DNA of 64,000 bases from an uncultured Anaerolineales bacterium (lineage in GTDB: Bacteria > Chloroflexota > Anaerolineae > Anaerolineales > UBA11858): NCBI GenBank assembly GCA_964613985.1, contig CAZTJD010000002.1, positions 3,664 to 67,663 of the forward strand, read 5' to 3'. The notes beneath the pieces were generated by a model. That model made no database searches, was not told the DNA's origin, and saw only the letters and a list, made by a program, of their open reading frames with translations. The position numbers and the translations under genes are program-made. Below, one piece after another: positions 10,104 to 19,646 of the stretch; positions within the stretch are counted from its first letter, which is position 1; each line of letters starts with the position of its first letter.

Positions 10104-11495
10104 ATGCATGACCTTGTGATTTCAGGGGGGCTGCTGGTGCGTAGTGACACAACACTCAGGCTTGACATTGGAGTAACCGCTGGAAAAATCGCTGAGCTTG
10201 GTGAAAACTTGCCTGGACACCAAATAATTGATGCGGATGGTATGCTAGTACTCCCAGGAGCAATTGACCCGCATGTCCACCTGGAAATGCCGACGCCGGT
10301 TGCCACTTCCAGCGATAACTGGTTTACAGGTACATGTGCTGCCGCCTGTGGAGGTACAACCACGGTGATCGATTTTGTGGAAGCGGTACCCGGCGAACGA
10401 TTAATGGATGCCTTTGTATCTCGTAAAATCCTGGCTGAAAATCAGGCAGTGATCGATTTTGGATTGCACATGACCATCAACAGAGTTGATCGTGGCACGC
10501 TGAAGGAAATCCCAGAAATCGTTTCGTCTGGTTTACCATCATTCAAATGTTATACAACCTACGCAATGGCTCTTGATGATGCTCAACTATTAACGGCATT
10601 GGAGAAAATAAGGGAAGCTGGTGGTTTGACCATTGTACATTCCGAGAATGATGCAATGATCAAACACCTAAGAAAAAAATACATTCAAGCTGGAAAAACC
10701 GCACCGAAATACCATCCTGTTAGCCGTCCACCGGCTGCAGAAGGGGAAGCTATTGAGCGCGTTCTTTCCCTAGCCGAGGTAACAAAAGCGCCAGTTTACA
10801 TTGTCCACGTTTCCACCCAACGAGGCGCTGAAGCGATTGCTCGTGCGCAAGAACGAGGGCAGGCTGCTTTTGGAGAAACATGTCCGCAATACCTTGTTCT
10901 ATCAGACACCTGTTTTGATGCGCCAGGTTTTGAAGGAGCAAAATATATCTGTTCACCTCCTCTACGCAAAGAGACTGACCAGGAAGCACTTTGGCAGGCA
11001 TTAAATCAGGGAATTATTCAGACCGTCGGGACTGACCACTGCCCTTTTTTTTATAAGGGAACGAAGGATTTGGGTCGCACATTAGATAATCTACCACCTT
11101 TCACCGACATCCCGGGGGGAATCCCGGGAATAGAATCCCGTTTGGCTTTGATCTACACTTACGGGGTGCAAATGGGTCGCATTTCATTAAACCAATGGGT
11201 TGATGTCGTTTCAACAGGACCAGCGCAAATGTTCGGTCTTTATCCGAGAAAAGGGGGATTAGTGGTTGGGGCGGATGCGGACATCGTCATCTTTGATCCT
11301 GAGAAACGGGTAACGCTTTCGGTTGATATGCTGCATGAAAATGTTGACTACACCCCATATGAAAGCTTTAAACTGGAGGGGTATCCCATCATAACCCTGG
11401 CAAATGGTCGGATTATCGTCCAGGACATGGAATTTGTGGGTGACGAAATCCATGGTAAATTTCTACCTGGAAATCCTTTTTTGGCGAATCAATAA
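10104..11495 (+). CDS. D-hydantoinase / dihydropyrimidinase (cyclic amidohydrolase)
   Basis: GAIDPHVHLEMP metal motif, an SFKCYTTY carboxylated-Lys context, VHSEN and GTDHCPF. GGAGG precedes the ATG. Confidence 0.85.
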   Translation: MHDLVISGGLLVRSDTTLRLDIGVTAGKIAELGENLPGHQIIDADGMLVLPGAIDPHVHLEMPTPVATSSDNWFTGTCAAACGGTTTVIDFVEAVPGERLMDAFVSRKILAENQAVIDFGLHMTINRVDRGTLKEIPEIVSSGLPSFKCYTTYAMALDDAQLLTALEKIREAGGLTIVHSENDAMIKHLRKKYIQAGKTAPKYHPVSRPPAAEGEAIERVLSLAEVTKAPVYIVHVSTQRGAEAIARAQERGQAAFGETCPQYLVLSDTCFDAPGFEGAKYICSPPLRKETDQEALWQALNQGIIQTVGTDHCPFFYKGTKDLGRTLDNLPPFTDIPGGIPGIESRLALIYTYGVQMGRISLNQWVDVVSTGPAQMFGLYPRKGGLVVGADADIVIFDPEKRVTLSVDMLHENVDYTPYESFKLEGYPIITLANGRIIVQDMEFVGDEIHGKFLPGNPFLANQ

Positions 11496-12014
11496 ATCTA
11501 AATTGCAAATTTCACCCAAACTTGCTAGACTGCAAAAGTCCAGTTCGTTTACTAACCCAGCTGATAACTTTTAGTGGTTGAGGATGGCCTGGGAATAGTA
11601 CTTTTATTGATCCTGTTATCGTTTTTTTTGTACTTCGAGTAGTGCAGTGCAGACAATTGTTGTGGGAGGAGGACCAGGCAAAAAGTGACGCATTTATAAT
11701 GGTGGGTGAAAAGTTGCTATTGACTGAATGCCATCAGGGTTTAAAGTCACCACGCAGAAGAAATGGGGTTTATTAGTTCTATGGGATTAGAAATCCTTAA
11801 TCTTGATATTCTATGAATACAAACATCGTATAATGCTAGATCAGGCATAAACCATTAGGTGTCAATTAATTTATTTCTTACTTTAAATTATAATAAATCG
11901 GGTTACTAAAAAATTCTTGTAACTTCCGGTAAAATTAATCTTGATAAAGCTACCCAGAAAACGCTCTCATTGCGAATAACAACTTCAAAAAAACAATTGC
12001 GAAGGAGTATACGA

Positions 12015-13589
12015 ATGAATAAATTATTTAAATCCCTTTTGTTCATTCTAATTTTTACCCTGTTGAATATGACACTGGTCGCTTGCGGTGCTAAAGCACC
12101 CACAGCAAATGATCTCGCTCAACAAACAGCTGAAGCTGCAACGGCAAAACTGGCAGAAATGGAAGCCTCATTAGCTGAAGCGCAAGCCAAGGCAGAAGAA
12201 TTGGAATCGATGGCTGCTGACGAACTAGCTACTGCTCAGACAGAATTGGAAACTGCAAAGGTAGCACTTGATGCCGCTAAAGAAGCAGCCGCTGAAGCAG
12301 AAGCCAAAGCAGCCGAACTGGAGAACACCGAAAAGGATTTCCTGACCTGGTTCCAATATGATGAAACCAATGAAGACCCAGCCAGCGATGAGCGCGTCGG
12401 AAACGAATACCTCCGTAACACCATCCCACAGTTCAATAAAGCCTTCGAAGGGAAATGGAATTGGATTAACCGACCCAAGGCCTGGGATAGGATGAGTCAG
12501 GAATTACTTGCAGCTGTAATCGCTAACGGTACCGTACCGGATATTATTGAAATGGGGGGCGGTAGCTTTATGAAGTATTACCGGAATGGTGCCTTGCAGG
12601 ATCAATCAGAGTGGGCTAAAATCCAATCATGGTATCAAGATATGGATCCCGGGGCGTTGAAGTCCTGTACAGCACCAGACGGCAGCCTACTCTGTATTCC
12701 AATGGCAACTCGTCCTACCCTGGTCTATGTCTGGGGGGACAGATTCCCTAACGGATACCCTACGACCCCTGAAGAATTTGTCGTGGAAGCGGATCGGTTG
12801 AAAGCAGAGGGCCTCTACGCCTGGACTTATTTTGGTTCTACAGCTTATGGTGGGGCTGGAACGAGCCGTATGGTCTGGACACTGGTCTCCTCCTTCGGCG
12901 GCACCTTCGATGATGGAGAGGGCAATATGCAGCTCACCTCTCCTGAGACCGTGGCAGCGATTGAGTTCCTGCGCATGACTGTCCAGAAAGGGTACAACCC
13001 TGAGACCGTCTTCGCAGGTGGTTTTATCGAAGAGGATTCCTTTAAGGACGCTTCGGCAGGGTCGATCCCTACTGGTCTTTTCGGTTACCGTTACATCAAT
13101 CCCCTCACTGCACCTGATGGTACCAGGTACGAAAAGGGCAACGAGGAGGATATGCTCGATGCGATCGCTGCTGGGGATGTGGTCTTAGCGCCAATGTTCG
13201 CACCCGATGGAAAAACGCCGGGGTGTGGGAATGATATCTCAGGTTTTGGCATTCCGACGGGTGCTAAAAATGTTGAGGCTGCGCATGACTTTATTAATTG
13301 GATCATGAGCCCTCAACAAAACCCCGCTTTTGTAATAGGTCCTGGTGCAGGGTTCCCAGCCAACATAGCCATACTGGCAGACCCACAATTCCAGATTCCA
13401 TTTTATCAGGCAGCAGCCGAAGCTTTAAGTGGCAGTGTCTGTACCCCCTGGCATGGCACACTTGAGAATCGAGAAGTGGCAGCTGAAATGATCATGAATG
13501 TCGTGTATAAACTGATTAAAGAGGATCCAACCGCTGACATCATAACGGAACTGACCCGGGTTCAGGATGAGTACAACGCCAATTATTAA
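12015..13589 (+). CDS. ABC transporter extracellular solute-binding lipoprotein (sugar family) with Ala/Glu-rich coiled-coil stalk
   Basis: AAGGAG RBS and a signal peptide with lipobox LVAC. About 100 aa of AE-rich helical repeat is followed by an SBP family-1-like domain. Confidence 0.8.
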   Translation: MNKLFKSLLFILIFTLLNMTLVACGAKAPTANDLAQQTAEAATAKLAEMEASLAEAQAKAEELESMAADELATAQTELETAKVALDAAKEAAAEAEAKAAELENTEKDFLTWFQYDETNEDPASDERVGNEYLRNTIPQFNKAFEGKWNWINRPKAWDRMSQELLAAVIANGTVPDIIEMGGGSFMKYYRNGALQDQSEWAKIQSWYQDMDPGALKSCTAPDGSLLCIPMATRPTLVYVWGDRFPNGYPTTPEEFVVEADRLKAEGLYAWTYFGSTAYGGAGTSRMVWTLVSSFGGTFDDGEGNMQLTSPETVAAIEFLRMTVQKGYNPETVFAGGFIEEDSFKDASAGSIPTGLFGYRYINPLTAPDGTRYEKGNEEDMLDAIAAGDVVLAPMFAPDGKTPGCGNDISGFGIPTGAKNVEAAHDFINWIMSPQQNPAFVIGPGAGFPANIAILADPQFQIPFYQAAAEALSGSVCTPWHGTLENREVAAEMIMNVVYKLIKEDPTADIITELTRVQDEYNANY

Positions 13590-14077
13590 TTTGTGACATT
13601 CTGTAGAACTTCTGGTAAACTGCCGTTTTCTTTTTTTAATAGTCGTCTTTTGGTTTGTCAGCAATTTAGACCACTATAAAAACAACCCAACATTGATCAA
13701 GTCTCTCAAGATCGCAAGCCAAACGCCAGATTGTTTTCAAGCTACCAAAAAGGTGGGTGTGGCTACTTTGCTAGAAATCGATCAGATTTCTGCTTGAAAC
13801 TGGAAAAACCCCCGCACACATCGATTGTTCTTTCATGCTAAATTACACTCACAGTAAAAGCAAATTTCTTAACGGAGTCAACCTAGGCTGAAGAAGCCGG
13901 CAATGCTGGAAACTAAGCACGTAACCAGTTTATTTAATCACAAACCTTAAGGAAGAAGATAAGGTTACAAGAGTAAAAAACCTGTCTGTAAATTATCGTC
14001 ATCTGGTATGATTCTCCTTGAAGAATTCATCCTCAGTGAATGCCTCACTCAGATCTTTGGTTGTAAAAGGACAGCGC

Positions 14078-15022
14078 ATGAAAAAAAATTCTTCTGTTGA
14101 AGCCGTGCGTCTATGGTTTCGAAAATACCTGCCTTTTTGGTTGATCCTACCTACCGCCATTGTCTTGATTATTGTTCAGTTTTATCCAGCCTTCTATACG
14201 GCTTGGCTCAGTTTCCAGAAGCGCACCCCGCAAGGGTGGCAATACGTGGGTTTTGAGAATTTCACTCGTCTCTTAAAAACCAGCCTGTTTAACTCAAGTG
14301 TAGGCCATACGATCATCTTCCTGATGGGTTATACCGTGTTTACGGTAACCGCTGCTTTCATGATCGCTTATTTGCTCAAGCAGAATGTACGCTTATCTGG
14401 GCTTTACATCACCCTCCTCTTCATCCCCTGGATCATTTCCGACATCATCGCCGGCTTGGTTTTCCGCTTGCTAGTCGTCCCAGAATATGGTGTTTTAAAC
14501 AATGTTTTCGGCAATCCAAATTTATTCCCCCCGAACGGGATCTCGATCCTGACCGCCAATCGACCGGCGCCCTGGGTGGGAAATTTCCCCTTCCCTCCCT
14601 CCCCGGCGATGATTTACCTGATCCTGGCAGCTAGCTGGCGAGCCCTACCTTTTGTAACCCTTCTCATTTTAGCTGCTCTGCAAACCGTTCCCAAAGAAGT
14701 GGTCGAAAGCGCCAAAATTGATGGTGCAAATAGCCTTCGTCTTGCGCAGTACGTTACCATCCCCTTGATCCTGCCTGCTATGGTGGTCGCCATCTTTAAC
14801 CTGATCTTGGGCGGCATGAATGGGGTCGGAATGGTCTTTAGCCTTACAGGCGGTGGACCAGGTACCAACACCTATGTGCTTAGCTACCTGCTCTACACCC
14901 TAGGGTGGACCCGCTTTGAATTCGGTCAGGCTGCGGCTTTGGCCATTATCCTTGCCATTGTCAACTGGATCCTTATTATGGGTGTTCTGCGCATCACTCG
15001 TGTCAATGAAAGGAGCCGTTGA
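14078..15022 (+). CDS. carbohydrate ABC transporter permease (MalF/LplB-like)
   Basis: Multi-TM protein with an EAA-type loop (ESAKIDGANSLRLAQYVTIP). Confidence 0.85.
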   Translation: MKKNSSVEAVRLWFRKYLPFWLILPTAIVLIIVQFYPAFYTAWLSFQKRTPQGWQYVGFENFTRLLKTSLFNSSVGHTIIFLMGYTVFTVTAAFMIAYLLKQNVRLSGLYITLLFIPWIISDIIAGLVFRLLVVPEYGVLNNVFGNPNLFPPNGISILTANRPAPWVGNFPFPPSPAMIYLILAASWRALPFVTLLILAALQTVPKEVVESAKIDGANSLRLAQYVTIPLILPAMVVAIFNLILGGMNGVGMVFSLTGGGPGTNTYVLSYLLYTLGWTRFEFGQAAALAIILAIVNWILIMGVLRITRVNERSR

Positions 15023-15023
15023 C

Positions 15024-15962
15024 ATGTTAAACCTCACCAAATGGTCACGGACTGCCTGGATCAACCGCCTGGTTAATTTGGCTCTGATTGTAATTTGTTT
15101 TATTGCCATGATCCCAATTGCCACCACCATCATCATTTCTTTCAAAGAGCAGGCCGATATCACCCGTAAACCTCCGATCCTTTTCCCTTGTGACACGCCC
15201 ACCAGCAAATTCGAGCTCAGTGCCTGCCGTTGGGCAACAGAAGGGTACCAGCGAGTCTTCGCACTCAAGGCAGATGAAGACGCCCTCTTGGGTTTCAAAC
15301 TAACCGGCAGCATGCTCCGGATTTATATCCCTAACTCCTTCTTATACGCCTCCAGTACCGCCCTATTAGTTAGCCTACTTGCCAGCTTATCTGGTTATGC
15401 TTTCTCTCGATATCGATTCCGAGGGCATGATGCCTTGATGATCGCCATGTATGCCATTACAGGCGTCCCACTGTTGACCAATTTGTTAGCCATTTACCAG
15501 ATGGGTATCAACTTGCGAAAAGCCCTGCCCTTCTTTGATGACCGCCTATATCTGATCTTCATCTACATAGGTTTCTTCTTGCCAATCAGCGTGTGGATCA
15601 TGAAAGGCTTCTTTGATACCATCCCGGTGGAGATGGAAGAAGCTGCTCTAGTGGAAGGCTGTACCCATTTAGAGTCACTATTCCGAATCACCATCCCATT
15701 GTCTACCTCTGGGATTGTCTCGGTATTTTTAATGACCTTCGTGAGTGTATGGAACGAGTTCATCGTCGCTTACCTGTTGCTACCAGAAAACAAATTCAAA
15801 CCCGCCATGTTTGGCCTTTATGACTTTCTCAGTCAGAATATCATTAATCTACAGGTCATTGCTGCAGCTTGTATCATTATCGCCATGCCGATGGTCGTCG
15901 CTTTCCTCTTCACCCGGCACACCTTTTTCAGAGCCATGGTCGAAGGAGCGGTTAAGGGATAA
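15024..15962 (+). CDS. carbohydrate ABC transporter permease (MalG/LplC-like)
   Basis: AGGAG at 15011 precedes the ATG at 15024. EAA loop EEAALVEGCTHLESLFRITIP. The track's longer start overlaps the upstream gene. Confidence 0.85.
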   Translation: MLNLTKWSRTAWINRLVNLALIVICFIAMIPIATTIIISFKEQADITRKPPILFPCDTPTSKFELSACRWATEGYQRVFALKADEDALLGFKLTGSMLRIYIPNSFLYASSTALLVSLLASLSGYAFSRYRFRGHDALMIAMYAITGVPLLTNLLAIYQMGINLRKALPFFDDRLYLIFIYIGFFLPISVWIMKGFFDTIPVEMEEAALVEGCTHLESLFRITIPLSTSGIVSVFLMTFVSVWNEFIVAYLLLPENKFKPAMFGLYDFLSQNIINLQVIAAACIIIAMPMVVAFLFTRHTFFRAMVEGAVKG

Positions 15963-16127
15963 TGGAATATGAGCACAGGGTTTATTAATGGTCATAATCT
16001 GATTCGTAACAAAGTGATCCTGTTTTTTGATTAATAAGCCATCCTGGCACGTGCACGTGGGACTTGCGCGGACTTGTCTAGACGGGTGATAGTCATCATT
16101 GAACGAAAGACGAGGTGTCATTTACAA

Positions 16128-17150
16128 ATGGTTCAACCAAAAATCCGATTTGCCATCACTGGCCTCAACCACGGTCATATTTATGGACAGACTCAAAGTA
16201 TGCTGGATGTTTGTGCTGAGGCGGTTTGTTTTTTCGCCCTCGAGGATAATCTGGCGGCTCAGTTTTCTAAGGCTTACCCCCAGATCCTTCGCGTCCAAAC
16301 CCTGGAAGAAATATTGGAAGATGAAAGCATCCAGCTGGTACTCAACGCAGGCATCCCCGTCGAACGCGCTACTATGGGGATTCAAGTGATGCAGCACGGC
16401 AAGGATTATATGGTCGACAAGCCAGGCATGGTTACTTTAGAACAACTTGAGGAAGTTCGGCGCGTACAGACTGAGACCAGGCAGGTTTATTCGGTTTGCT
16501 ACAGCGAGCGATTCTGGAGTAGGGCAGCCACCAAAGCAGATGAACTCATTCAAGCAGGCACCATCGGGAAGGTGATCCAGACACTCAGCCTTGGACCTCA
16601 TCAGCGTAATTTACCCCAACGACCTGAGTGGTTCTTTATTAAAGAAAAATACGGTGGCATCCTTACTGATATAGGCTCCCACAACTTCGACCAGTTCCTG
16701 CACTTCTCCGGGTCAACTACCGCTGAGATCGTCTCCGCCCAGGTCGCAAATTTCCACCATCCGCAGTACCCTGAATTAGAAGACTTTGGTGATGTACTGG
16801 TGCGTGGCGATGACAGCGTGGGCTATATCCGGGTGGACTGGTTTACGCCAGACGGTTTGGGGGTCTGGGGCGATGGAAGGCTGTTCATCACCGGCACTGA
16901 GGGCTATATCGAACTTCGTAAATACATCGATATCGCTGGACGTCCCGGCAGAGAGCATCTCTTCCTGGTAAATAAACAAGGCATTCACTACCTCGATTGT
17001 AAAAATGAACCCCTTCCTTACGCTCCTGCGCTAGTGGACGATATAATCAACCGTACCGAGACCTCTATGAGCCAGGCCCATTCTTTCCTGGCAATGGAAC
17101 TAGCGATCAAGGCAGAGAACATGGCGAATCGTCTGGGAAATTTGAAATAA
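16128..17150 (+). CDS. Gfo/Idh/MocA family oxidoreductase
   Basis: N-terminal Rossmann-like IRFAITGLNHGHIY, a DKP motif (YMVDKPG) and a C-terminal alpha/beta domain. Confidence 0.75.
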   Translation: MVQPKIRFAITGLNHGHIYGQTQSMLDVCAEAVCFFALEDNLAAQFSKAYPQILRVQTLEEILEDESIQLVLNAGIPVERATMGIQVMQHGKDYMVDKPGMVTLEQLEEVRRVQTETRQVYSVCYSERFWSRAATKADELIQAGTIGKVIQTLSLGPHQRNLPQRPEWFFIKEKYGGILTDIGSHNFDQFLHFSGSTTAEIVSAQVANFHHPQYPELEDFGDVLVRGDDSVGYIRVDWFTPDGLGVWGDGRLFITGTEGYIELRKYIDIAGRPGREHLFLVNKQGIHYLDCKNEPLPYAPALVDDIINRTETSMSQAHSFLAMELAIKAENMANRLGNLK

Positions 17151-17209
17151 CACGAAGACAAGCGCTGATTTCCGCGGAAAAGAACATCCGCTTTCAATTG
17201 GAGCTAACA

Positions 17210-18376
17210 ATGACAAAAATAAAAGTTGGTGTAATTGGTGTAGGCGTAATGGGCAGCCTGCACGCCAGAGATATCAATGCCTTGGAAAACACGGAACTGG
17301 CAGCAATTTGCGATATCAACAAGGGTAAAGCGGATAAACACGCCAAGATGTATAGTGTCCCTTCGTACACCAGCCATGTTGAAATGCTGGATAAGTCAGC
17401 TCTCGACGCGGTGTTAATCGCCACCCCACATTATGACCATCCCACCATCGCAATAGATGCCTTTCAGCGCGGACTGCATGTCCTGATCGAAAAACCAATC
17501 GCTGTTCACGTCCAGGCAGCCCAGGAAATGATCAATGTATATGAAAGATCCTTAGAGGCACAGCCCAATCTGGTCTTCGCTGCCATGTTCCAACAACGCA
17601 CCTTTGGCTACTGGCAGAAGATCAAAGCCTTGATCGATGAGGGCGAACTGGGGCGTTTGGTCAGGGTGACCTGGATCATCACAGATTGGTTTCGAACCCA
17701 GCACTATTACGATAACGGTGGATGGCGCGCCACCTGGAAAGGCGAAGGGGGGGGCGTCTTACTCAACCAAAGCCCACATAACCTGGATTTGTTTCAATGG
17801 TTTGTTGGTATACCCAAGCGAGTAACTGGATTCGCTGCCATAGGTAAATATCACAAGATCGAAGTCGAAGATGAAGTCACCGCCTACATGGAATATGAAA
17901 ACGGTATGATTGGTCACCTGATCACTTCCACAGCGGAATCCCCCGGTACGAATCGGCTGGAAATTATCGGTGAGAGAGGGAAATTAGTCTTTGAAGACGG
18001 GTGCTTGATCTTCTACCGCAACCGTTATTCGATGTTCGAACAAATTGAGACCTCCAATAGTGGCTATGAACCAGTTGAGAACCTGCAAATTAAAGTACCA
18101 TACCAGCATCACGGGCAACCTGGTCATCGACTGGTCATTGAGAATTTTGCTAATGCCATCCGTAAAGGAGAAACACTTATTGCCCCGGCTATGGAAGGCA
18201 TACATTCACTCACCCTAGCCAACGCCATCATGCTGTCCTCCTTCCTGGGGCATCCCATCGAGATCCCCATGGATGACAAGGCCTATACCGCAAAATTACA
18301 ACAACTAATCCAAAATTCTCACTTCGCAAAAGTCGTAGTCGAGCGGGACATTACTGATCTGGAGAGCTCGATTTAA
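17210..18376 (+). CDS. Gfo/Idh/MocA family oxidoreductase
   Basis: IKVGVIGVGVMG Rossmann motif and VLIEKP. Confidence 0.8.
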   Translation: MTKIKVGVIGVGVMGSLHARDINALENTELAAICDINKGKADKHAKMYSVPSYTSHVEMLDKSALDAVLIATPHYDHPTIAIDAFQRGLHVLIEKPIAVHVQAAQEMINVYERSLEAQPNLVFAAMFQQRTFGYWQKIKALIDEGELGRLVRVTWIITDWFRTQHYYDNGGWRATWKGEGGGVLLNQSPHNLDLFQWFVGIPKRVTGFAAIGKYHKIEVEDEVTAYMEYENGMIGHLITSTAESPGTNRLEIIGERGKLVFEDGCLIFYRNRYSMFEQIETSNSGYEPVENLQIKVPYQHHGQPGHRLVIENFANAIRKGETLIAPAMEGIHSLTLANAIMLSSFLGHPIEIPMDDKAYTAKLQQLIQNSHFAKVVVERDITDLESSI

Positions 18377-18378
18377 AA

Positions 18379-19617
18379 ATGCTCCACATTGAACCGGATT
18401 TTATGGATCTGACGGTCGATCTTGACCCCCATACTTTCTGGAAAGAAAACCTGATTTGTACTAAATTAACCACCAAGAAGCCTCGCTGCGGTCTTCATTT
18501 CTCCCCCGATGACCACTGGCTATTCGAATTCATGGCGATCCCCTCCACTCTGCGCTACTACAATGAAAAAGCCTATCGCGATAGTTTACACCCCCAGGTT
18601 AACAAGATCACCGAAGAATACATTGGTTGCTCTTTTTTTGAGGAAGACACCTGGGAACACAACCCGAAACGGATTGAGAATCTGTTCGGCTGTAATTTTG
18701 AATACCACGATGGGCGTAAGCCCTGGCTCATACCGGTGACCACGGATCCGAAGGCGTTTTCTCGAATTTTAGACCGTGCCGAAAGCATAAACATGCAAAC
18801 CTGGGCTCTTCCAGTGCCATTCCTCAGGGAATGGGATGCTCGAAAGGATGCGGGAAAAGAGGTTCCCTTCTTGGGTACTGGTAGCCGCGGTCCGGTAACC
18901 ATCATGACCTCTGTACTGAATGCGGAAAAGATCTTCTTTTGGTATTATGACCATCCTGCGCTGATGAGACGTTTTTGAGATATCCTGGCTGAAAAAATGG
19001 TCGAGCTCAATACCATCCTACGAGTCTTCAGCGGTAATACCCAACCTGGGTGGTGGGTCACGGACGATAACTGCGCCTTGTTTAACCGAAAGCTATACCA
19101 GGAATATTGCGTGCCAGTTTTAGAGAAAGTACTTGATGCCATGGCACCTGGAGATGCTCCTCGCTATCAGCACTCCGATAGCGCCATGGGGCAACTGCTG
19201 GAAGACCAGTACGCTTTAGGAATTCGTGAAGTCAACTTTGGTCCAGAAGTCGCGGTTGCCTTGATTCGAGAGAAGATGCCAGACGCCATGATTCACGGTC
19301 ATGTACCCCCGTTTCTACTGCTTAATGGCGCTCCAGAAAAAATCAAGACCTGCATACTCGACAACTTTCGCGATGCGGGTCAAACTGGCGGCCTGGAGAT
19401 CACAACTGCTGGTTCCCTGGGCTGCCGGGACACAGGCGTCGGTCGTATGCGCTGGATGATGCAGGTTGTCCAGAAGCACTGCCGATATGAAGGAGCAACC
19501 CCCATGCCCAGAGATCAGGTAGATTCGCACCTGTTGGATCTGGACAGTCCCAATGTATTTCTATGCCACGACTGCCTGGATCGGTCTATCACAGAGGACA
19601 TGATTGCCTTCTTTTAA
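18379..19617 (+). CDS. uroporphyrinogen decarboxylase (URO-D) family protein, interrupted by an in-frame TGA at 18976-18978 (pseudogene or recoded gene)
   Basis: ORFs 18379..18978 and 18997..19617 share a frame and are separated by a single TGA. The joined sequence reads ...YYDHPALMRRF*DILAEKMVELN... with a URO-D/MtaA-like C-terminal half. Confidence 0.55.
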
Positions 19618-19646
19618 GATCATTCGAAAGGATTAATAGGATAGCT

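Noticed and set aside
13590-14077. The unusually long (about 490 bp) SBP-permease spacer. I searched it for a terminator/attenuator hairpin or small ORF.
   Set aside because: I could fold no convincing stem-loop or coding frame by eye. The spacer is mentioned only as context in the sugar-cluster finding.
14916-15023. Long N-terminal extension of the second permease ORF (track start 14916), overlapping the first permease by about 100 nt
   Set aside because: An AGGAG RBS followed by ATG at 15024, right after the upstream stop, gives a normal MalG-like N-terminus. The extension is an out-of-frame overlap artefact. I applied the same logic to the track starts at 11970, 14018, 16074, 17198, 3161, 3762 and 38342..39196.
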